Shown piece by piece: positions 13,064 to 24,556 of a stretch of DNA of 64,000 bases. This stretch comes from Octopus sinensis (taxonomy: Eukaryota). The stretch is taken from positions 30,070,001-30,134,000 of the forward strand of contig NC_043016.1 of the NCBI RefSeq assembly GCF_006345805.1, given 5' to 3'. Numbering within the stretch: the first letter of the stretch is position 1; each line of letters starts with the position of its first letter. The notes beneath the pieces were generated by a model that worked only from the letters and a program-made list of their open reading frames with translations, did not search any database and was not told the DNA's origin. The position numbers and the translations under genes were made by a program.

Positions 13064-14104
13064 ACAATGTCTAAATTTATTCCCAAGGCATTACTTAGTC
13101 ATGTGACATTTGCATATGGTGTATTACATTGGGACTGAAATGGAAACCAAGTGCTTGTAAAGCAAACTTCTTAAACACAGAGCCATTCTTATATGGCAGT
13201 TAAAATAATATCTAATATAACAAATGCGAAAACTAATTTCTGTTTGTCAGTGTGTCACATTTCAACCCTTCTCTCTCACTATTCATTGACACTTCTACTA
13301 TTGCTCATGCTGGGGTAAGAATAATAGTAGGCATAGAGACAGTGAGGGTGGTGGCAAAGACAGAGAGAGAGAAAGAGAGAGGGAGTGAAAGAGAGACAAA
13401 GAAGTTTAGGGAGAGTTGATGATATTTTTATTAAAAGTGGTAGTGTTGATGGTGGTAGTGGGAGAAATAATAAGCGAGAGAGTGGGTATGTGAGAGGGTC
13501 TGAACACTGAAACCAACATACTGAATTAACATACTGAGCGAACAAACTGAACACAATTCTTTTACACACACATTTAGCCTTTTTATGATGGTAATGGGAT
13601 GATAGTTATAGTATGAACTGTAGCTGTGGTAGAAGTGGAAGCAGTGGTGATGATGGTGCTAGCTGAGGCAGTCAGGGATGACAGTGAGAGCAAGTGATGT
13701 GAAAGACAGTGGTGATGGTGGTGGGGTGGTGAAGTCAAAAGTATTGATGGTGGTGGTGTCAGAAGTCTGAATGGTGTGTGTATGGCAGATGTGGTGGCGA
13801 TGGTGGTGTTACTGTTGTTTATCATGCAGCTTTGCAGTAAGTTGCAAGTCAAATCATACCATTGTTTTGGAGAAAATTGTTCATTGCTTGAAAAATATTG
13901 TTCAAGTTTAGTAAAATCTAATATGTACTCAATGCATAAAGTCTCATTGTTAGGGCAGCATTTAAGCTTGTTTGTAAATAAATAAATAACATGTAAAAAA
14001 AAATATGTTAAAGTAACCCTTAGTCCCAGATATGCAAAATAATGTCAAGCTTAATTATTTTTTTTTTTTGTTAGTTGTATATAATGTTTCTTATTTAATT
14101 TCAG

Positions 14105-14396
14105 AATTTTATGGGATTTACTTCAAATGGGCGTGCATCCTGTAGCATTGGCAAAAATGTTAAAAGCAATGTGTTCTCAAAACAGAGAAGTAACTCCCAG
14201 GACTGAGTGTACGGAAAGGAAACCGAAAGAACAAGCAGCTAAAGGCCCTGCTACTCGACCAAAGGAAAATGTAACGAGCAAAACTACGAAAGAGAAGTCA
14301 AAAAAGCCAGTTCCAAATACAAGGCCTCACAGTGCTATTTCCACTCAGTCTGCTAACGTGAATTCTGGTAGCACTGCAAACCTGAGAAAAAAGTAA
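14105..14396 (+). CDS. MZT2: MZT2/MOZART2 (mitotic spindle organizing protein 2), terminal coding exon
   Basis: Acceptor TTATTTAATTTCAG|; phase-2 start; ILWDLLQMGVHPVALAKMLKAMC resembles human ILVDLLKLNVAPLAVFQMLKSMC (from memory), then a low-complexity tail and TAA. Upstream exon not found in window. Confidence 0.85.
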
Positions 14397-14902
14397 TTGT
14401 GTCGATTATCTAGCATGTGAAAGTGAGTATAGAGGATTTTATAAGATGTGTGTTTGTGTTTATACAGAGGTCTTGTGGTCGTGTATGACGTGTGGTGGCA
14501 TACGACTAAGAACGGTAGAGGACTGCATGGGGCATGTGTGAAATGTGTAGTAATGTATAGTTACTTGAATAATGCACATATTTTATTATCATTTTATTAT
14601 CATTATTGTCGTAATTTTACATCCCTCTTTGCATACTGGCATGGGTTTGATAAGCTACTTTTTTTTACTATAATCATTTCTTAAATATAGCCACGAAACC
14701 CGTGTTTTTATTCTACCAATTATGTACGTTTTTATTATTTTTTTTGCATTTTACTTAATCATTAGTATTTTATTGTTATTTTAATTTTAATATTTCTATT
14801 ATATGTAATTTTCTAGATGGTGTAATTTAATTGTTCATTTTGAATTGATAAAAACTGGTTCTTTCTAATTTTATATATATATTATATTGTGTGAATTTGA
14901 TT

Positions 14903-14964
14903 TAGTATTTCTAAATTGAATTTTTTCCTGTAAGTTAGGATTAATATTCCCTCAAATAATTATT

Positions 14965-14996
<32 letters not shown>

Positions 14997-15063
14997 TAAT
15001 AATAATTATTTGAGGGAATATTAATCCTAACTTACAGGGAAAAAATTCAATTTAGAAATACTA
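14903..15063. repeat. Inverted repeat, ~67-bp arms around (TTA)n/(TA)n
   Basis: TAGTATTTCTAAATTGAA...TTCAATTTAGAAATACTA; arm resembles Penelope-like tail at 24030-24100. Confidence 0.85.
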
Positions 15064-15177
15064 TATATATATCAAATGTGAGGATAAAATTCTTTTCGAA
15101 AAAAAATATTTTCTCGAAAAAAATCTTATCAATGGCCAGCATATTAAAAAATACCTTTAACGGTTAAATTTATAAAC

Positions 15178-15587
15178 AATTCATAAATGAGGGCAAAGGA
15201 AAAAATTTCTAATGCCAAATATGCCGAAAAATTGGACATATTGTCCATTAACCATATAATTTTTTCACAATACGCACGCTACTCGAAAAAAGGTCGACAG
15301 AAATTTCTAAAAAGTTCCATTATTACCATATCGGACCGATTTCAGAGTTAACTACTAAGAGCCCTCTCTTCGTCAGTGATACATGTGGCAAAAGAAATAA
15401 ATGAGATACTTACTCATACCCATGGGTATGAGTCCGATATGGTAATAATGGAACTTTTTAGAAATTTCTGTCGACCTTTTTTCGAGTAGCGTGTGTATTG
15501 TGAAAAAAATTATATGGTTAATGGACAATATGTCCAATTTTTCGGCATATTTGGCATTAGAAATTTTTTCCTTTGCCCTCATTTATG

Positions 15588-15591
<4 letters not shown>
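15178..15591. mobile_element. Foldback/MITE with ~160-bp near-perfect arms
   Basis: Arms 15178-15336 and 15432-15591, 95-bp spacer. Confidence 0.85.
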
Positions 15592-15617
<26 letters not shown>

Positions 15618-15621
<4 letters not shown>

Positions 15622-16140
15622 TCATCATCATCGTTTAACGTCCGCTTTCCATGCTAGCATGGGTTGGACGATTTGACTGAGGACTGGCAAACCAGATGGC
15701 TGCACCAGGCTCCAATTTTGATCTGGCAGAGTTTCTACAGCTGGATGCCCTTCCTAATGCCAACCACTCCGAGAGTGTAGCGGGTGGTTTCATGTGCCAC
15801 TGGCACGAGGACCAGTCAGGCGGTACTGGCAACGTCCACAAAAAAACCTTTTTTTTTTTTACATGTCACCTGCACACTGGCACAAGTGCCAGTAAGGCGA
15901 CACTGGTAACAATCACGCTCGAATGGTGGTTTTTATGTGCCACCGACATGAGCGCCAGTTAGCCGCTCTGGCAACGATCCCGCTTGGATGGTGCTCCACT
16001 AGCACAGATGCCAGTCATTGAATTTGATTTCGATTTCACTTGCCTCAACAGGTCTTCGCAATCAGTGTCCAATGAAGGGAAGGTACGCATAAGTGGGCTG
16101 GTTACACCCCTGGCTTAGGCCTCAAGGTTATGGTCTCACT
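15618..16140 (-). mobile_element. RTE 3' UTR fragment
   Basis: Colinear with 29675-30197. Confidence 0.85.
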
Positions 16141-16251
16141 TGTATATATATATATTGGTAAAACAATATATAAGATAACAAAAGAAAGAAAGAGACCTCA
16201 ATAGAGGAATTTATCTGTAAAAGTAATATGTGACAATTATTCAATAGCCAA

Positions 16252-16312
16252 GATAAAACTCTGAGTTTCGGATGCCGAGGTGGAAATCCACACCACCATC
16301 TCTTCGGTTATC
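16252..16312 (-). ncRNA. Variant type I hammerhead (CCGAAGA core) in TA-flanked fragment 16155-16330
   Basis: Minus: GATAA-CCGAAGA-GATG..CATC-C-GAAA-CTCAGAG-TT-TTATC. Confidence 0.55.
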
Positions 16313-16499
16313 CTGCCATCAGAAAAACGCTATGTGTATATGTATATATATATATGTGTGTGCAGGTGGCATATAAAAAGCACCCACTACACTCTTGGAG
16401 TGGTTGGCGTTAGGAAGGGCATCTAGCTGTAGAAACACTGCCAGATCAGATATATCCTATATTAGAGATATATATATATATTTGTTGGCATCCTTTTTG

Positions 16500-17371
16500 T
16501 CTCGGGATACAATGGAGTTGCGCATAAAATAGTCTAGTCCGACTTTTACATTTCATGTCCTGATACATTTCCTGCTGTGGCTGTGTAGTCCTATCCTGGA
16601 CAAACACTCCCTCTGGCAGGTACTGCAAATGTAGCAAAGACTGTTCCTGGCTGGTTGTAATGCTATAGTTTCTTGTTGACATCTTTTCTTGTCTTTCCAT
16701 TTCTCCTCTCTCTCTCTGTCACGCCTTTGTATTCCCTCTTTTACGGTACGTCGCCAATCTTCACGGTTGCTGGCAACTGCCTCCCAACCGCTAATATTGA
16801 TGTTGCAGGCCTACATGTCCCTTTTGCAAACATCCTTGTAATGTAAGAACGGTCTACCCACAGACCTAGTACCCCTAGCAAGCTCTCCGTAGAGTATGTC
16901 CTTGGGGATTCTGCCATCTTTCATACGGCTAACATGTCCAAGCCATCTCATATGTCTTTGTGTGAGGAGTGCAAACATGCTTGGTATTCCTGCTTGCTTG
17001 AGGACATCTTTATTGGGGATATGATTCTGCCATTTGATGCGGAGGATTTTCCGGAGGCAGCGCAGGTGAAAGATGTTTAGGCGACGCTCTTGGCGTGTGT
17101 ATAGCATCCAAGTCTCACTTCCATAGAGTAGAGAGCTAAGTACATATGCCTGGTAGATCTTCATTTTCGTGGTCTTGGTGAGCTTATTGTCCCACGCCCG
17201 TTTGGAGAGTTGGGCCATCGCAGCAGCTGCCTTGCCAATGCGTATATTGAGCTCAGCATCAAGGGATAGGTTGTAGGTGACGGTAGAGCCAAGATAGGTA
17301 AACTTCTCCACCTCTTGTAATCTGTGGCCTCCAATATGTATGTTTGGGATGTCCGATGTAGCCTGACCCAT
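16500..17371 (-). mobile_element. RTE (BovB-like) LINE 3' fragment
   Basis: EVEKFTYLGS..RIGKAAAA..LLYGSETW..RWLGHVSRM.DGRIPKDILYGEL..GRP. Confidence 0.9.
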
Positions 17372-17394
17372 ATATATATATATTTATATATAAA

Positions 17395-17552
17395 ATCATA
17401 GATAGACAGCCAACAACTGAGGAAGGGTCTTTCTCTGTGTTTATTTGTCCTGTTTTCCATTTTTTCTCATTGTTTATATATTTCACTCATTTGTTTATGT
17501 ACTTCATGTTATTTGCACCGTTGGTGATGTCCTGTACCTATATATGCATGGA
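17395..17552 (+). mobile_element. Unclassified dispersed repeat abutting (TA)n, copy 1
   Basis: High similarity to 26165-26329. Confidence 0.7.
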
Positions 17553-17637
17553 TATATATGTATATATATGTATATATATATGTATATATATATATATATG
17601 TATATGTATATATGTATATATGTATATATATATGTAT

Positions 17638-17727
<90 letters not shown>

Positions 17728-18164
17728 GTATATATATATATATATGTATGTATATATATGTATATATATGTATGTATGTATATATATGTATATATATATG
17801 TATGTATATATATGTATATATATTATATATATAGTATGTTATATATGTATATTATATATGTATGTATATATATGTATATATATGTATATATATATATATA
17901 TGTATGTATATATATGTATATATATATGTATATATATATGTATATATATGTATATGTATGTATGTATATGTATATATATATGTATATATATGTATGTATA
18001 TATATGTATATATATGTATATATGTATGTATATATATGTATATATATGTATATATATGTATATATATGTATGTATATATATGTATATATATGTATATATA
18101 TGTATATATATATGTATGTATATGTATATATATGTATGTATATGTATATATATGTATGTATATG

Positions 18165-18197
<33 letters not shown>

Positions 18198-18235
18198 GTA
18201 TATATATGTATGTATATATATGTATATATATATAT
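17553..18235. repeat. (TA)n/(TATG)n microsatellite
   Basis: Direct reading. Confidence 0.95.
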
Positions 18236-19042
18236 GAATGAATGTTTTTATATATAATGAACAAGAAATACAGGAAGGGACGAACACGGAACACAGACAA
18301 ATCATTCGAAGCCTTCAATCTTCAGTCAGACACCGAATCATCATAGCAAATTTCGGCTGTTCAATTCTGATATTTGCTCCAACTCAGCCAGCCCCAAGAA
18401 AAAAAACTAAGCTGTAAGCATTAGATTTCTTGGTAGAAGACAGGAATGTGAACGCACAAGACGGATGTGAATACAAGAGACGAAAACGAAATTGAAAACA
18501 GTAATGAAAAAACATAACATATATAACGGTGGTTGTCATACGACTTTAGACCAAATGAGACAAAACAACAACAACATAGCAGCTGGCTAGAAATAATTAC
18601 CGTTTCGGTAGCGGGGACACATGTTGGTCGAGATACGAAGGCCAACAGAATGGTTGAAGAAGCAGCAGGTCGCAGGAGAGAGAGAAAAGAGAGACAGAGA
18701 GAGAGAGGGAATCAAAGAGGGTGGAAGGCAGGGGACAGAATCAGTGACCAAGAGAGGAGAAAGAAGGGATTAAGGAGGATGGGAGGAAGAGAGGGGAAGA
18801 ATCGGAGGGCGCCAAAAAGTTTGGTGAAGAAGCAATGGCGGGTAGTAAAAGACAGTGTATAGAAGTCGTGCAGGGTTTAAAATTGGACAAACAAACGGGG
18901 GGGGGGTGCACGTAACGCCGCAATAATATAAGAATGAATGTTTTTATATAATGAACGAGAAATACAGGAAGGGACGAACACGGAACACAGACAAATCATT
19001 CGAAGCCTTCAATCTTCAGTCAGACACCGAATCATCATAGCA
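18236..19042. mobile_element. Non-coding element with ~112-bp terminal direct repeats embedded in (TA)n
   Basis: Repeats 18236-18348 and 18932-19042; no ORF, PBS or PPT seen. Confidence 0.75.
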
Positions 19043-19367
19043 TGTATGTATATATATATGTATATATATATGTATATATATATGTATGTATATATATATG
19101 TATGTATATATATATGTATGTATATATATATGTAATATATATATATGTATGTATATATATATGTATATATATATAGTATATAATATATATGTATATATAT
19201 ATATATGTATGTATATGTATATATATTGTATATGTATATATATGTATATATGTATATGTATATATATATTGTATATATATATATGTATATATATATATGT
19301 ATATATATATATGTATATGTATATGTATATGTTATGTATATATATATGTATATATATATATGTATGT

Positions 19368-19403
<36 letters not shown>

Positions 19404-19470
19404 GTATATATATATGTATATATATATATATGTATGTATATATATGTATATATATGTATGTATATATATG

Positions 19471-19504
<34 letters not shown>

Positions 19505-19995
19505 GTATAATGTATGTATATATATGTATATATATATGTATAATATATATATACATGTATATATATATGTGTGTATACATATATGTATATATATGTATGT
19601 ATATATATGTATATATATTATATATATGTATATATATATATACATATATATACATGTATGTATATGTGTGTATACATATTGTATATATATATATGTATAT
19701 ATATGTAATATATATATGTTATATATATATGTGTGTATATATATGTGTGTATATATATGTGTATATATATATGTGTATATATATGTGTGTATATATATAT
19801 GTATATATATGTGTATATATATATGTGTATATATATGTGTATATATATATGTATATGTATATGTATATGTATATATATATATGTATATGTATATATATAT
19901 GTATATATATGTATATATATGTATATATATGTATGTATATATATGTATATATATGTATATATATATATATGTATATGTATATATATGTATATATA
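19043..19995. repeat. (TA)n/(TATG)n microsatellite
   Basis: Direct reading. Confidence 0.95.
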
Positions 19996-20730
19996 TCTTT
20001 CCAAATGCATATTGCTAATCTGGTGATAAAATGCAGACGGCTAGCTGGATGGATTCTCCGAACTTTCAGAACAAGAGAGAAGGAGACACTGATGGTCCTA
20101 TGGAAAACATTTGTCCTCAGCCGCTTGGACTACTGCTCCCAACTTTGGTCACCACACAATATAAAACAAACAGCAAGAACTCGAAGCAACTCAGAGAAGC
20201 TACACAAAGAAAATCGTCTCAATGCAAAATGTCAGCTACTGGGAAGACTGAAGGTATTAAACCTCTTCTCCTGGAGCGGAGGCGGGGAGAGATATGCAGT
20301 AATATACATCTGGAAAATCCTGGAGGGTCTTATCCCAAACTTTGGCATTCAAAGTTACTCCAACCGCAGAACGGGGCGCCGCTGCGTGGTGCCAAGGATT
20401 CCAACATCACCATCAAAATACAGGTCCAGATACTGCAACAGCTGGGTTTCAGAGGACCACAGCTTTTCAACATCCTCCCTAAATGCCTGAGAGACTTACA
20501 TGGTTGGATGTGGGTTTCTTTAAAACTAAACTGGATCTCTTCTTGTTGGAAGTCCCAGATGAACCTACCTCACGACAGGAGACGAGGATGCGGGCAGCAG
20601 CATCGAACTCCCTTGTTGATCAAGTGCCACGTATCAGAGGTGGATTCACAAACTAGTGTGGCTCATTCAGCGGTGGTGCCCCAGCATGGCCGCGGCCTTC
20701 GGGCTAAAACATTTTTAAGGATTTAAGGAT
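19996..20730 (+). mobile_element. CR1/L2-group LINE 3' fragment
   Basis: [53 protein letters not shown]; frameshifted; stem-loop tail and (AAGGATTT)2. Confidence 0.88.
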
Positions 20731-20734
20731 TTAT

Positions 20735-20762
20735 ATGTATATGTATATATATGTATATATAT

Positions 20763-20795
<33 letters not shown>

Positions 20796-21246
20796 GTATA
20801 TGTATATATGTATATATATATGTATATAATGTATATATATATGTATGTATAATATTGTATATGTATATATATGTATGTATATATATGTATATGTATATAT
20901 ATGTATATATATAATGTATAATATGTAATATATGTATGTATATATATATATATGTATGTATATATATGTATATATATGTATATATATATGTATGTATATA
21001 TATATATATATATATATTATATTATAATAATATATATGTATATATATATGGTATATATATATGTATATATATATGTATATATATGTATATATATGTATAT
21101 ATTATATATATATATGTATATATATATGTATATATTATGTATATATATATGTATATATTGTATATATATATGTATATATAGATATATATATTGTATAATA
21201 ATATATATGTATATATATCTGTATATATATATGTATATATATATGT

Positions 21247-21283
<37 letters not shown>

Positions 21284-21667
21284 GTATTATGTATATGTAT
21301 ATATATGTATAGATATATATATGTATATATGTATATTGTATATATATGTATATAATATATAATATATATGTATATTATGATTTTGGATATATCTATGTTA
21401 TATCTATATGATGTATAAATATATGTATATATATATATGTAGATATATATATGGTATTATATATATGTATATATATATATATGTATATATTATAGATATG
21501 ATATATATATAATGTATATATATATATATGTATATATATATATGTATTATATATATCATATGTAATATAGATATGTATATATATATATGTATAGATATAT
21601 GTATATATATATATATGTATATTATATATATATTATAGATATATGTATGTATATATATATATATATT

Positions 21668-21732
<65 letters not shown>

Positions 21733-21917
21733 GTATATGTATATTATATATATATATATGTATATAGATATATATATATATATGATATATATATATATAT
21801 AATATATATATATATTATGTATATATGTATATAGATATTATTATATTATATATATATGTATATATGTAATATATTATATATATATAATATTATAGTAGGT
21901 CTATATATAGATATATG

Positions 21918-21949
<32 letters not shown>

Positions 21950-22590
21950 GATATTATATATATGTATAATATATTATATATTATATATATATATTATATA
22001 TATATGTATATATATATAGATATATCTATATGTATATATATATATATATAATATATATTATATGATATTATAATATATATTATATGTATATATATTATAT
22101 AGATATGTATATATATATATGATATCTATATAATATATATATATGTATATAATGTATATAATATATGTATATATATGTATATATATATATGTATATATAT
22201 GTATAATATATATGTATATATATGTATATATATGTATATATATATATGTATATATAGTATATATAATATGTATATTATGTATATATCTATATGTATATAT
22301 TGTAGATATATAATGTATATATTGTAGTATATATATATGTATATATATGTATATATTATTATGTATATATATGTATATATATATATATGTATATATATGT
22401 ATATATATGTATATATATGTATATATATATGTATATATATGTATCATATATGTATAATATATATGTATATATATGTATATATATGTATATATATATATGT
22501 AACATATGTTGTATTATATATATTAATATATATATATATGTATACATATGTAATATGTATATATATATGTATATATAATGTATATATATG
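20735..22590. repeat. ~1.9-kb degenerate (TA)n/(TATG)n array
   Basis: Direct reading. Confidence 0.95.
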
Positions 22591-23657
22591 TAATGGTAAC
22601 GTAATTTTGTTTGACGTTTTTAACGGCTAGAGTTTTAATTTCACTTCATAATTGAAACTGATTTGAAAGTATGTATATTTTTTTTCTCCTTATGTTAATC
22701 TTGTTACTTATGATATTCTGGTTACTTATGAAGATTTTATATATCGTATTATGTGTAGTAATGTTGTTTTTCTTTTGAGTGTTTATGTATGTGTGAATGG
22801 GTGTGTGTGTGCGTATTTTAGTTGTGTAACTTATTTATCTGTATGAGTGGGGTGTGAACATATGTTGTATATATCGAGTTTAGTACGTATGTATATGTAT
22901 ATGTGAGGGGGTATATACGTATATGTTGTGGTGTGTGTTTTACGTATGTATATTTGTGTGTGAATGTATATATGGAGATTGCTATATAGGTATAATTGTG
23001 TATGGTACAAGGGAGTTTTATCATTATATGTATATGGGTTTCATTATCATGATGGTTTATTAATGATTTGTAGTAAATTCTGTATATTTAAGTTGATTAT
23101 ATATTATTCCATTCATAATTTTTATGAAAAACGTTCGATCACCACGTGCAAAGATTGTTATTTTTCTTTTGAGTGTTTATGTATGTGAATGTGTGTGTGT
23201 GTGTGATTGTTTGCGTAATTTATCTGTATAGATGTGGGTGGTGGAATATATTGGTGTATATATCGAGTTCTGTATGTTGTATGGTGTGAGCGGGTATACG
23301 TATATTGTTTATGAATGTGGGTTGTATGTGTGTGTGAGGGAGTATGAATAAGTATTGTGTTGAAAGTATTTGGCTATTTTATTTATTTATCGTTGCCTAG
23401 ACGTTTTTATGTGTATGTATAGGGATATATATATATAGGTGTGTGAGTAGTGTATGTATTTAGATATGGTTATATATACTTAGTTATATGTGTATGGGTG
23501 TATATATAGTTTATTTATTTTGTTTTATATTTAATTGTTGATAGGTTTATTTTATTTTATATTGATTATATTGGATTATATATATGGGTTATATATAGAT
23601 TATATATTTATATTTTTTCATTGATACTTTAATTATTTTAAAATTATTTTTTATACT

Positions 23658-23838
23658 TATCATCATCATCATCATCATCATCGTTTAGCGTCCGCTTTCC
23701 ATGCTAGCATGGGTTGGACGGGTCAACTGGGGTCTGTGAAGCTGGAAGGCTTCGTCAGGCCCAGTCAGATCTGGCAGTGTTTCTACGGCTGGATGCCCTT
23801 CCTAACGCCAACCACTCCGCGAGTGTAGTGGGTGTTTT
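23658..23838 (-). mobile_element. RTE 3' tail fragment
   Basis: (CAT)n plus tail consensus. Confidence 0.85.
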
Positions 23839-23874
23839 TTATATTTTAAAATATTGATATTTTAGATCGGAAAT

Positions 23875-23917
23875 CCACCTGAAGATTGTCGTTCAAGACA
23901 TGAAACAATTGTAGTGG
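23875..23917 (+). ncRNA. Minimal type I hammerhead ribozyme, second copy, in Penelope-like fragment (23865-24100)
   Basis: CCAC-CTGAAGA-T-TGTC(gttcaa)GACA-T-GAAA-CAATTG-TA-GTGG. Confidence 0.75.
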
Positions 23918-24118
23918 CGGTTTTTTTACTTTTTATTAAAATTTTATGTATTGATTAAATCTTTCCTTGTTTGTTTTGCAAAATAGTGGTTTTGTCTCTA
24001 ATTAATATTATATAATATTTTACTATAAAATTGGATTTAATCCTAAATCTGATTTTTTCCCTGTAAATTTGGATTTATTCCCTAATATTTATTATGTATA
24101 TATATATATATGTATATA

Positions 24119-24501
24119 TCTCTCTCATATCAACGGCAGTTTGTCTGTGCGTTTTCTGTGTGTCTGTTTTCTTGTACCCTCACTCTGACCACGGCTTTCA
24201 ACCGATTCTGATGAAACTTGACACACACATAGCCCAATGTCATAATTCAAAACTAACGCAGCGAAAATTTTGAAAAGTTCCCCCAGTTCTGAAAAAAATC
24301 GATAAATTCGACATGGGGTCGAGAATCAGAAACCCAAACCACAGACCGTCTAGGGGACGCAAATTCACCTTTTTTAACTCTCAAAAAAAATTTACCATCA
24401 TTTTTTTTCCATTTTTTTGCTATTTTTTGGCTATAACTCTCTAAAAATGCTTTATAGTTATTTCCCTTACAAACCTGAGCAACGCCGGGCGATACTGCTA
24501 G
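24119..24501 (+). mobile_element. Non-autonomous Helitron
   Basis: 5' A|TC, 3' hairpin CCTGAGCAACGCCGGG then CTAG|T. Confidence 0.8.
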
Positions 24502-24511
24502 TATATCTATA

Positions 24512-24556
<45 letters not shown>

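Noticed and set aside
18290-18335. Hammerhead in the direct repeats (minus-strand CTGAAGA..GAAT)
   Set aside because: GAAA is GAAT and neither helix I nor helix II can be formed convincingly
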